From the NCBI GenBank assembly GCA_041640635.1, contig JBEPZX010000025.1, positions 1 through 17,166 of the forward strand: a DNA stretch of 17,166 nt. Direction: 5' to 3'. Within the stretch, counting starts at the first letter, position 1. Each line of letters begins with the position of its first letter. A program made the translations under genes and the position numbers. Below the pieces are notes generated by a model. That model saw only the letters and a list, made by a program, of their open reading frames with translations, ran no database searches and had not been told where the DNA came from. The stretch is from Aquificaceae bacterium. Lineage in GTDB: Bacteria; Aquificota; Aquificia; Aquificales; Aquificaceae. Below are positions 1 through 7,925 of this stretch, piece after piece.

Positions 1-59
1 GTTATAACTTCACAAGATTTACTTTTTTCTAAAACCTTTAGAATATCTGATAAGCTCAC
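1..59 (-). CDS. Possible 5' end of a downstream CDS, truncated by the window edge (MSLSDILKVLEKSKSCEVI...)
   Basis: GTG at 59-57 lies 8 nt after the mtnA stop and the frame is open to the window edge. TATAAT (72-67, minus strand) is 7 nt upstream. Only 19 codons are visible. Confidence 0.4.
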   Translation of the reverse strand, partial: MSLSDILKVLEKSKSCEVI

Positions 60-67
60 ATTATTAA

Positions 68-1030
68 TTATAAATTTAAAGGTGGTGAATAAATATTTGT
101 TTCTGTAATAATAGCCGTTATGTTCTCCGCTGGCGTTACATCAAAAGCCAGGTGCAAAGCATCTGATTCTTTTGGTGCAAAAAGGCAATCTTTATAGCTT
201 TTTACTTCTTGAGGTGGTCTTTCCTCTATTACTATCTGATTACCTTTTTCTATACTCAAATCAAATGTGGACATGGGAGCCACTACGTAAAAGGGGATAC
301 CGTGGGCTTTTGCGAGCACAGAGAGAGAGTAAGTACCTATTTTGTTTGCTACATCTCCTCTTTTGGTTATTCTATCTGCGCCTACAATCACACAATCCAC
401 TAAACCCTTACTCATCAAAAAACCTGCTGTAGAATCTGTAATTATCTTGTGCGGTATGTTCTCTTTCAGCAGTTCCCAAGCGGTAAGCCTTGAACCTTGA
501 AGATACGGTCTTGTCTCATCTACCCATACAAATATATCCTTTTCCTGATAGTGACAGCTTCTTATGACACCAAGAGCCGTTCCCCAACCTGCTGTTGCCA
601 AAGCTCCAGTGTTGCAATGTGTAAGTATTTTTGCTCCTTTAGGTACCAACTTAGCTCCCAGCTCTCCCATTTTTTTATTGGCTTGGTAGTCTTCTTGTTC
701 TATTTTTTTTGCCTCTTCTTCTATGTTTTTCCCTTCTATCAGAGCTTTCATCATTCTATCTAAAGCCCAAAATAGATTGTAAGCTGTAGGGCGTGTATTT
801 TTCAACGTTTGGTGAACAATTTCTGAATCTTCTCCTTGCATTATTCCCAAAACAAAGCCGTAGGCGGCTGTGCAGCCTATTGCAGGTGCTCCTCTAACTG
901 CCATATCTTTTATAGATTTTGCTACTTCCTTGTAACTCTTTAGTTCGAGCCAAATTTCTTCCTGTGGAAGTGCTCTCTGATCCAGAAGTAATAACCTATC
1001 ACCTTTCCATATAAAGGCTTTAACTTCCAT
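68..1030 (-). CDS. mtnA: S-methyl-5-thioribose-1-phosphate isomerase (methionine salvage, eIF-2B family)
   Basis: Motifs [71 protein letters not shown]. Confidence 0.96.
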   Translation of the reverse strand: MEVKAFIWKGDRLLLLDQRALPQEEIWLELKSYKEVAKSIKDMAVRGAPAIGCTAAYGFVLGIMQGEDSEIVHQTLKNTRPTAYNLFWALDRMMKALIEGKNIEEEAKKIEQEDYQANKKMGELGAKLVPKGAKILTHCNTGALATAGWGTALGVIRSCHYQEKDIFVWVDETRPYLQGSRLTAWELLKENIPHKIITDSTAGFLMSKGLVDCVIVGADRITKRGDVANKIGTYSLSVLAKAHGIPFYVVAPMSTFDLSIEKGNQIVIEERPPQEVKSYKDCLFAPKESDALHLAFDVTPAENITAIITETNIYSPPLNL

Positions 1031-1082
1031 AAAAGATTAGTATAAGCTAAGATATGAAACTCCAAGTTTTTTGTGTTTGTTT

Positions 1083-1114
1083 TTAACCAATTTTTAACAA
1101 TTAATGAATAGACT
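1083..1114 (+). promoter_or_regulatory. Putative PhoB/OmpR-type tandem box (TTAAC-N6-TTAAC) plus -10 element TAGACT
   Basis: TTAAC at 1083-1087 and 1094-1098 (11-bp period) occupies the -35 position relative to TAGACT at 1109-1114. Confidence 0.5.
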
Positions 1115-1124
1115 TTTAGTAGCT

Positions 1125-2930
1125 ATGGAAATAAATTGGAAAGTGGAAGAAAAGATTATCTTCGATGATAAGCAGTTTGTTTTGGATGTAGTAAATAACA
1201 ACAAGCTTACAGTTCATTTTCAACCCATATTTTCATCGGATGGTAATGTATATGGTTACGAAGCCCTTTCAAGGTTGAAAAACTCAGATAATACTAACAT
1301 TAGTATATGGGAACTTTTCAAAAAATCTATTGCTACACAAACGGTATCTTTATTGGATCTAAAATGTAGAGAGAATGCCTTCAAAGCTTCATCAGAGCTT
1401 GGTTTATTTAACCTTCCATTTAAGCCTCTACTTTTTATCAATATAAGCCCTTTCGTTCTTTTAGATCCAAATCATCATACAGGTTTGACGGAGAATCTCT
1501 TGTATAAGTACAAGATTCCTAAGGATCGTATTGTTATAGAAATAACTGAAGAAGCATCTAAAGAAAATCATGGTTTGCTTATAAGAACAATACAGCATTA
1601 CAGAAATAGGGGATTCAAAATAGCCATCGATGATTTCGGATCTGGCTATAGTGGATTGAACCTTCTTTTACACGTAGAACCTGATTATGTAAAAATAGAT
1701 CGGGAGATTCTATCTGGTGTACACAAAAGTGTTAAAAAGAGTATTTTACTAGATTCTATCCTAGAAACATGCAACAAGCTTGGAATAAAACCTGTGGCTG
1801 AAGGTATTGAAGAAGAGGAAGAGCTAAAGACTTTATTAAATATAGGTTTTGAGCTATTTCAAGGTTTCTACTTATGTAAACCTGGTCCCGAACTTTTCAC
1901 AGGAAAATTAAATATATTAGGACATGGCAAACAGCTGGAAAATATAGAATTTATTGGAGATATCGTAGAAGAAGTGGAACCTGTATCGCCAGATGTCTCC
2001 GTAATAAGATTGTTTTATAGATTCTTAGAAAATGAAAATCTCAAAGGTATACCCGTCTTAGAAGATGGGAAAATAGTGGGATACGTATCCCGTAAAAAGT
2101 TTATAGAAAAGATAATATTAGGAAATTACGGCTATGGAATGCATTTAAACGCTTACAAACGTGTAAGCGACATAATGGAATCTAATCCGCTCATTGTTGA
2201 GCACGATATGACTATAGAAAACGTTGCTAGTAAATTCCGCAAGGTGAGTTTTAGTGAGCTAAACAATTATCTGTTAGTCACTAAAAATGGTAAGTATTAT
2301 GGAGTTGTATATTTTGATGTGCTTTTCAATGCTATAGTTCAAAGAACCATATTGTTGGCTAAGGACGCTAATCCGTTAACTGGTTTTCCTGGTAACAAAG
2401 CTATTTATAGGGAAATAGAAAGGAGACTCTCTAAAGGTGTTCCTTTTGATATTTGTTATATAGATATCAATAATTTTAAGCCCTACAATGATTACTACGG
2501 ATTCGAAAAAGGCGATTTTGTAATAAAGGTGCTTGCAGAGTGTATTAGAAAGGTTACCCAACCCTATCAAGATTTGTGCTTTACTGGTCACATAGGAGGT
2601 GATGATTTTATATTGATAACATTACCTGATATATCCATTAACATATGTGAAGGTATAATCAAAGAATTTGAAGAAAACTTGACCAAACTGCACTATCCAG
2701 AAGATATAGAGAGAGGCTATTACATCTCCAAGAACAGAAAGGGAGAAGTAGAAAAATTTAATCTTCTTTCCCTTTCCATAGGGATAGTAAGCACAGGCGA
2801 AAGGCAGATAAACTCATATGCTCATATTGCGTCTATAGCTTCCGAAGTTAAAGCTGCAGCAAAAGCTCTCCATGCATCTACAGGAAGATCGGTGATCTTT
2901 AAGGATAGAAGACGGGGAAATGAGTTATAA
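1125..2930 (+). CDS. EAL-CBS-GGDEF c-di-GMP phosphodiesterase/diguanylate cyclase
   Basis: EAL motifs YEALSR, FINIS, IEITE, DDFGSGYS, VKIDR, VAEGIE, FQGFY. Central CBS pair (GIPVLEDGKIVGYVS; LVTKNGKYYGVV). GGDEF domain NPLTGFPGN, DINNFKPYND, GHIGGDDF. Start 1125 is preferred over 1104 because of promoter position. Confidence 0.92.
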   Translation: MEINWKVEEKIIFDDKQFVLDVVNNNKLTVHFQPIFSSDGNVYGYEALSRLKNSDNTNISIWELFKKSIATQTVSLLDLKCRENAFKASSELGLFNLPFKPLLFINISPFVLLDPNHHTGLTENLLYKYKIPKDRIVIEITEEASKENHGLLIRTIQHYRNRGFKIAIDDFGSGYSGLNLLLHVEPDYVKIDREILSGVHKSVKKSILLDSILETCNKLGIKPVAEGIEEEEELKTLLNIGFELFQGFYLCKPGPELFTGKLNILGHGKQLENIEFIGDIVEEVEPVSPDVSVIRLFYRFLENENLKGIPVLEDGKIVGYVSRKKFIEKIILGNYGYGMHLNAYKRVSDIMESNPLIVEHDMTIENVASKFRKVSFSELNNYLLVTKNGKYYGVVYFDVLFNAIVQRTILLAKDANPLTGFPGNKAIYREIERRLSKGVPFDICYIDINNFKPYNDYYGFEKGDFVIKVLAECIRKVTQPYQDLCFTGHIGGDDFILITLPDISINICEGIIKEFEENLTKLHYPEDIERGYYISKNRKGEVEKFNLLSLSIGIVSTGERQINSYAHIASIASEVKAAAKALHASTGRSVIFKDRRRGNEL

Positions 2931-2941
2931 TACAAAAACTT

Positions 2942-4318
2942 ATGAAAATAGTCATAGTAGGAAATGGACCAGCAGCAGCCAGTGCGGTAGAAGCTATAAG
3001 ATCTCTTTGTCAAGAAACTCAAATTGTGATGCTATCAGACGAGGAGTACCCAACTTACGCTCCTAATTGCATGGAAAACGTTATAAGAAACGATATAGAC
3101 CAGCAAGCTCTCTTTTACAAAGGTGGATATGAGTTCTACGAAAAACACAAAGTGGATTTTAGACCTGGAAAGGAAGTAGTTAGTATAGATAACAAGCGTA
3201 AGGTGGTAATAGTAAAAGGTGGGGAAGAGATAAGTTACGATAAATGTCTTTTGGCAGCTGGTGCCAGCGCCTTTGTTCCTCCTATACCCGGCGTAAATCT
3301 AAAGGGTGTGACTACAGCAAAGAACCTAGATGATGCAAAGCGAATAAGAAACTGGATACTTTCTGGCAAGGTAAAATCAGCCGTTATCATAGGAGCTGGT
3401 CCAATAGGTATAGAAGATGCAGAAACACTGCACCATATGGGTATAGAAGTTAGCGTAGTTGAGGTTTTCGATAGAGTTCTTCCTAGAATGCTAGACAAAT
3501 ATATGGCAAATATTTATATGAAGTTCTTGGAAAAGGAGGGTGTAAAGTTCTACCTAAATCATCAAGTAATAGCCATACATGGAGAAGATGAATGGGTGGA
3601 AGCGGTTGAGATAAAGCAATACGGAAGCGATGTTAGCAAGTTTATAAAAGCAGATTTAGTTATTCTTTCAACTGGTGTAAGACCTAGGATAAACCTTGTT
3701 CAGGATACAGACATAAAAATACACATAGACGAGGTAAGAAACAGAGTAGTAGGTGGCATACTTGTGGATGAATACCAAAGAACATCAGACCCTGACGTAT
3801 ACGCAGCAGGAGATATATGTTCTGGAAAAGATGCTTGGGGAAATTTTAGATGGATAGCTTTATTTCCTCCCGCTCAGCAGGGTGGTTACTTAGCGGGACT
3901 AAACATGATGGGAATGTCAATAAGAAACCCTGGGCTTGTAGACTATAATGCTGTAAAGACAAGGGCAGTAACTGCAGGTAGCGGTGGAATATTTGAAGAT
4001 GCTGAAGAGTCGCATCTTTTTGAGTATGAAAATTCTTTGGTAAAGATCTTTATTAGGGATTCTAAAGTATGTGGTTATCAATTTGTAGGCATTCCTTTGG
4101 AGAGATACCTAAATCCAAGCAATTTATTTCTTACAAACTTACACAAAAAGATAGAACATATGGTAAAGGATAAAGGTTTGGGTTTAGAAGCATCAGGTGT
4201 TTTATTTCATCACTTCCTAAAGTTAAACAGGGAGTTTAATGATAAGGTTTCAAAAGCCATAAAGAAGGGTATGCTTAGGTCTCTTGCAAATCCTCTTTTT
4301 GATGTTCCTTTGTTTTAG
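2942..4318 (+). CDS. FAD-dependent pyridine nucleotide-disulfide oxidoreductase (NADH oxidase/rubredoxin reductase/CoA-disulfide reductase-like)
   Basis: FAD Rossmann motif VIVGNGPAA, YDKCLLAAGA, NADH-binding GAGPIGIE followed by acidic VVE, and second FAD motif TSDPDVYAAGD. Confidence 0.9.
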   Translation: MKIVIVGNGPAAASAVEAIRSLCQETQIVMLSDEEYPTYAPNCMENVIRNDIDQQALFYKGGYEFYEKHKVDFRPGKEVVSIDNKRKVVIVKGGEEISYDKCLLAAGASAFVPPIPGVNLKGVTTAKNLDDAKRIRNWILSGKVKSAVIIGAGPIGIEDAETLHHMGIEVSVVEVFDRVLPRMLDKYMANIYMKFLEKEGVKFYLNHQVIAIHGEDEWVEAVEIKQYGSDVSKFIKADLVILSTGVRPRINLVQDTDIKIHIDEVRNRVVGGILVDEYQRTSDPDVYAAGDICSGKDAWGNFRWIALFPPAQQGGYLAGLNMMGMSIRNPGLVDYNAVKTRAVTAGSGGIFEDAEESHLFEYENSLVKIFIRDSKVCGYQFVGIPLERYLNPSNLFLTNLHKKIEHMVKDKGLGLEASGVLFHHFLKLNREFNDKVSKAIKKGMLRSLANPLFDVPLF

Positions 4319-5735
4319 GTTTATAGATAACTACCTTGTTCTTGCCGGTAGATTTGGCTTCGTAAAGTGCCTCATCTGCCTCTCTTATTAGATCATCTAT
4401 GTTTTCTGTCCCCTTTCTAAAGTGTGAAATACCAATGCTTACGGTTGTTTTTATCTCTTTGTTGTTGTAGATGACTATAGTGTTTTCAAATCCCTTTCTT
4501 ATACGTTCGGATACTTTGTATGCACCATCTGTGTTGGTATTTGGAAGTAATACGGCGAACTCCTCACCTCCAAACCTGGCTGCCACATCCGAACTTCTAA
4601 GCTCAGATTTTAATATGTTTGCAAAAGCCCTAAGTAACATATCTCCAGCATCATGCCCAAAAGTATCGTTAACTTTCTTAAAGTTATCGATATCAATGAT
4701 AATTACACTTAAGCTCGTATCATACCTTTTTGCATTTTCAATAAGTGTTTGTGCATTAATAAAAAAGTATCTCCTGTTAGGAAGGTTTGTCAGTGGGTCA
4801 TAGTATGCTAACTCTTCTAGTTCTTTGTTTTTGAGCTCTAGCTCTTTAATTAGCTCTTTTATCTTATTTACGGCGTCATAAAAGGCTCTTTTTAGTATTC
4901 CTATTTCATCCTTTGAGTTACTTTTTTGCAGGAGTTCAACCACCTCAAAATTGCCCATTTCAATCTGTTCTGCTACCTTTGTAAGTTCGTTTATGTCCTT
5001 GGTTAAGTAAGATGCTATTCTATTTAGTAATATTGAAGACATTAAAGAAATAACTACGGCAAAGGACAAAAGCAATAGGAAGTTTTCATACTCCCTTCTA
5101 TATACGTTTTTCAAATCCTTAAATAGGACTATTTTACCTCTAGCATTACCATCTTGAAACCACATAGGAAGTTCCATTAGAAGCACTTTATTCAAGAATT
5201 TACCGTGTATTTCCCAACCTTTTATATCTAATGGGTATGAAAGTAGCTCTTCTTTGCTTCTTTTTTCAACTATTATTCTACTGTCAAGTATTTGCTTATT
5301 TTTCATATACTCGTCTAGTTCCTGACCTTTTAAATCTAGCCATTCTCTGTATATCACAATTGCGTAATTTTCAGAATGCAGAAATTTTATCATTTTTAGT
5401 ATTTCTTCGATAGATTCACCAACAAAGTAACAACCATTCTCAAATTTTCTCTGTATACCGTAAATCGTTCCTGATGGCAAAGTTAAAAAGTATCCTTTTA
5501 TCGTTTCACATTCTCTGCCTATCCATAGTTTTATGTCAACCTTTTCCCTATTTTGCAGTTCTTTTATTTCATGTTCCAAAATTTGTATGTATGATTGATG
5601 TGCTTTGTTGTATACTTCTACTATGTAGTTCTCAAGGTGTTTGTTGAATAAATATGCTACTGCTAACAGCATAAATAAGGTTGTGAATAATGCATTACCT
5701 AATAAACTAAGTAGTATTTTCCCTTTGAGGGACAT
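4275..5735 (-). CDS. Membrane-bound diguanylate cyclase (TM, periplasmic sensor, TM, HAMP, GGDEF)
   Basis: Two hydrophobic helices, HAMP (SKDEIGILKRAF), YDPLTNLPNRRYF, DIDNFKKVNDTFGHDAGD, I-site RSSD and active site RFGGEEF. The ORF-track start 5789 overlaps nadD, so ATG 5735 (MSLKGKIL) is preferred. Confidence 0.92.
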   Translation of the reverse strand: MSLKGKILLSLLGNALFTTLFMLLAVAYLFNKHLENYIVEVYNKAHQSYIQILEHEIKELQNREKVDIKLWIGRECETIKGYFLTLPSGTIYGIQRKFENGCYFVGESIEEILKMIKFLHSENYAIVIYREWLDLKGQELDEYMKNKQILDSRIIVEKRSKEELLSYPLDIKGWEIHGKFLNKVLLMELPMWFQDGNARGKIVLFKDLKNVYRREYENFLLLLSFAVVISLMSSILLNRIASYLTKDINELTKVAEQIEMGNFEVVELLQKSNSKDEIGILKRAFYDAVNKIKELIKELELKNKELEELAYYDPLTNLPNRRYFFINAQTLIENAKRYDTSLSVIIIDIDNFKKVNDTFGHDAGDMLLRAFANILKSELRSSDVAARFGGEEFAVLLPNTNTDGAYKVSERIRKGFENTIVIYNNKEIKTTVSIGISHFRKGTENIDDLIREADEALYEAKSTGKNKVVIYKPKTKEHQKEDLQET

Positions 5736-5754
5736 GATGTAAACTATTTTAATC
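5736..5754. promoter_or_regulatory. Putative abutting divergent -10 elements for the cyclase gene and nadD
   Basis: The 19-bp gap holds TAAACT (5740-5745, +) 9 nt before the nadD ATG and TAAAAT (5751-5746, -) 10 nt before the cyclase ATG. Confidence 0.5.
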
Positions 5755-6348
5755 ATGCATCTTTTTTTTGGCGGAAGTTTCGATCCCATACATATTGGAC
5801 ACCTAATTGTGGGAAGAGATGTCTTAGAAAAACTGAGAGCAGATAAGCTGACCTTTATACCTACTTATCAAGCACCTTTAAAAGAAGCACATCAAGCAAG
5901 ACCGTTAGACAGGTTGAGTATGATAAAACTAGCTATAAAAGATCAAAAAAACTTTCAAGTCAGCGATATTGAGATTAAAAGAGGTGGCATCTCTTATACC
6001 GTCGATACGGTGATGGAGCTTTTTAAACTCTATAGTGAAAAACCATACTTTGTTATGGGTGCAGATAGTCTTCTCAGCTTACATTTGTGGAAAGAGCCCC
6101 AAAAAGTTACCTCTCTTGCTTGCTTGGTTGTAGTAGATAGGTTCAATAAGGCAAAGGAGATTCTTAAGTATATGAAATATAAATTCCCACATCTTAAAGA
6201 GGATCAAGACTATATACTCTTAGAGGTAAGAAGGGTTGATGTATCTTCTACAGAAATAAGAGAAAGAGTTAGGACTGGGAAATCTATCAGGTGGCTTGTC
6301 CCTCAAGAAGTGGAAGACTATATAATAAGAAAGGGGCTCTACAAGTGA
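5755..6348 (+). CDS. nadD: Nicotinate-nucleotide adenylyltransferase
   Basis: FGGSFDPIHIGH (HIGH motif), SYTVDT, MGADSL, VSSTEIRER, VPQEVEDYI. Confidence 0.96.
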   Translation: MHLFFGGSFDPIHIGHLIVGRDVLEKLRADKLTFIPTYQAPLKEAHQARPLDRLSMIKLAIKDQKNFQVSDIEIKRGGISYTVDTVMELFKLYSEKPYFVMGADSLLSLHLWKEPQKVTSLACLVVVDRFNKAKEILKYMKYKFPHLKEDQDYILLEVRRVDVSSTEIRERVRTGKSIRWLVPQEVEDYIIRKGLYK

Positions 6349-7727
6349 GACTTAAATTATGTGGTGCTGCCAAGTTGGTTACTGGTAGTTGTATATATAT
6401 ACAAGTTCACGATAAAAATATTCTGATAGACTGTGGAATGTTTCAAGGTACACAAGAGGAAGAAAATAGAAAACCTTTTCCTTTTGATCCTAAAAATATA
6501 GATTACTTAATTTTGACTCACGCGCACATAGATCATTGCGGTCGTATTCTTCTCTTGGTAAGACAAGGGTTCAAAGGTAAAATCGTTTGTACGGACCCTA
6601 CCGCAAAGATAGCAAATATTATGCTTTTAGACGCTGCAAAGGTTATGTACGAAAACTACAAAACTATGCTCAGAAAACTTGAAAGGACAGGTAAGGTTCC
6701 GCCTGAACCTCTTTACGATGAATACGATGTTTTGGAGAGCTTACCTCTTTTTAGTCTAAGACTTCCATACTACAAAGAGTACAGGATATCAAACAATATT
6801 AGTGTGACACTCAAAAATTCCGGACATATTTTGGGTTCTGCTTTTGTTGAGCTTAAAGTTTATGAAGATAAGAAGGAGAAAAAAATTATTTTCTCTGGGG
6901 ATCTTGGGAATAAGAACAAACCCATAGTAGATGATCCGGATCATCCAAGTAAAGCCGATTACGTATTTATAGAAGGTACATATGGGGATCGTAACCATAG
7001 AGATTTTCGAGCTTCAAAGGAAGAACTTTTGGATGCGATAAAGTATGCTTTTTCTAGAAACGGAAACGTCTTGATTCCATCTTACGCTTTAGAGCGAGCT
7101 CAGGAGGTTCTTTTTGTATTAAGGGAGTTTTATGATGAAGGAAAGCTTCCAAAGTGTAAGATATTTTTGGATAGTCCACTGGCTATAAGTATAACAAAGA
7201 TATTTCTTTCCAATCCAGATTTTTACGATAGAGAAACTTACAAAATTTTTCTAGAGAAAAATCCTTTTGATTTACCAAATTTATACTTGACAAAAGATGT
7301 TGAAGAATCAAAATCCATAAATACTGTAACCTCGGGCGCTATAATCATAGCAGGATCCGGAATGTTAACGGGTGGCAGGATACTACACCATCTTAAGTAT
7401 AACCTTTGGAGAGAAGAGTGTGCTTTGGTGTTTATAGGCTACCAACCCGAAGGAACACTTGGACGGAAAATAATAGATGGTGCAGATGTAGTTAAGATAT
7501 TCGGTGAAGATATAAGTGTCAAAGCAAAAATCTACACTATAAATGGCTTTTCTTCCCATGCGGATCAAGCTGGCCTTTTAGAGTGGCTTTCATACACACA
7601 AAATCCTAAAAAGGTTTTCTTAGTTCACGGCGAAGAGCAAAAATTAGGCATTTTTAAGGATGCGATACATAGAAACCTAGGTTTAGACGCCTATATCCCA
7701 AGTATGGATCAAGAATTAGAGCTTTAA
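6345..7727 (+). CDS. Metallo-beta-lactamase/beta-CASP RNA-metabolising hydrolase
   Basis: GAAKLVTGS, IDCG, THAHIDHCG (HxHxDH), GHILGS, FSGDLG, EGTYG, GSGMLTGGR, GFSSHAD, VHGE. GTG 6345 overlaps the nadD stop (GTGA) and is preferred over 6291. Confidence 0.93.
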   Translation: MRLKLCGAAKLVTGSCIYIQVHDKNILIDCGMFQGTQEEENRKPFPFDPKNIDYLILTHAHIDHCGRILLLVRQGFKGKIVCTDPTAKIANIMLLDAAKVMYENYKTMLRKLERTGKVPPEPLYDEYDVLESLPLFSLRLPYYKEYRISNNISVTLKNSGHILGSAFVELKVYEDKKEKKIIFSGDLGNKNKPIVDDPDHPSKADYVFIEGTYGDRNHRDFRASKEELLDAIKYAFSRNGNVLIPSYALERAQEVLFVLREFYDEGKLPKCKIFLDSPLAISITKIFLSNPDFYDRETYKIFLEKNPFDLPNLYLTKDVEESKSINTVTSGAIIIAGSGMLTGGRILHHLKYNLWREECALVFIGYQPEGTLGRKIIDGADVVKIFGEDISVKAKIYTINGFSSHADQAGLLEWLSYTQNPKKVFLVHGEEQKLGIFKDAIHRNLGLDAYIPSMDQELEL

Positions 7728-7768
7728 TTCACTACTTCATGCTATTTGTGGTGTTTTCTTTGTATGAA

Positions 7769-7796
7769 TGTAAATATAATAGGAATTATATTAACA
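7769..7796. other. Candidate dif-like (Xer tyrosine recombinase) site TGTAAATATAA-TAGGAA-TTATATTAACA
   Basis: 28-bp 11-6-11 inverted repeat with one arm mismatch and an ATAA-N6-TTAT core. The right arm matches the E. coli XerD arm TTATGTTAAAT at 8 of 11 positions. It lies between convergent genes. Confidence 0.5.
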
Positions 7797-7842
7797 ACAC
7801 TCTCTTTAATCTTATTGCTGTTTAGTGATATCAAATTTTATA

Positions 7843-7893
7843 TTTGACGGCAAAAATATAAATATGTCAAAGCGTTATAAATAAACATGTCAA
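7843..7893. repeat. Direct repeat ATAAA(T/C)ATGTCAA (7858-7870, 7881-7893) plus inverted TTTGAC-N17-GTCAAA (7843-7871)
   Basis: Read directly from the sequence. On the minus strand it gives TTGACA-N17-TTGACA. Confidence 0.55.
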
Positions 7894-7925
7894 TAAGTAT
7901 AAGAGGGCTGGTATTTGTTACAAAT

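Noticed and set aside
5736..5789. N-terminal extension of the cyclase (MGSKLPPKKRCMIKIVYI)
   Set aside because: It overlaps the nadD start head to head. ATG 5735 gives a typical basic N-terminus before TM1.
6291..6344. N-terminal extension of the MBL hydrolase
   Set aside because: It lies inside nadD. The fold starts at GTG 6345 with a standard GTGA overlap.
6954..6961. GCCGATTA, resembling a sigma-28 -10 box
   Set aside because: It is deep inside a CDS, with no TAAA -35 at the right spacing and no gene start downstream.
7739..7825. 28-aa ORF MLFVVFSLYECKYNRNYINNTLFNLIAV
   Set aside because: No SD, no recognisable features, and expected by chance in AT-rich DNA.
7843..7893. Mini-CRISPR or oriC interpretation of the repeats
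   Set aside because: Only two 13-bp copies with a 10-bp spacer, no cas genes, and no DnaA boxes (TTATCCACA) seen.
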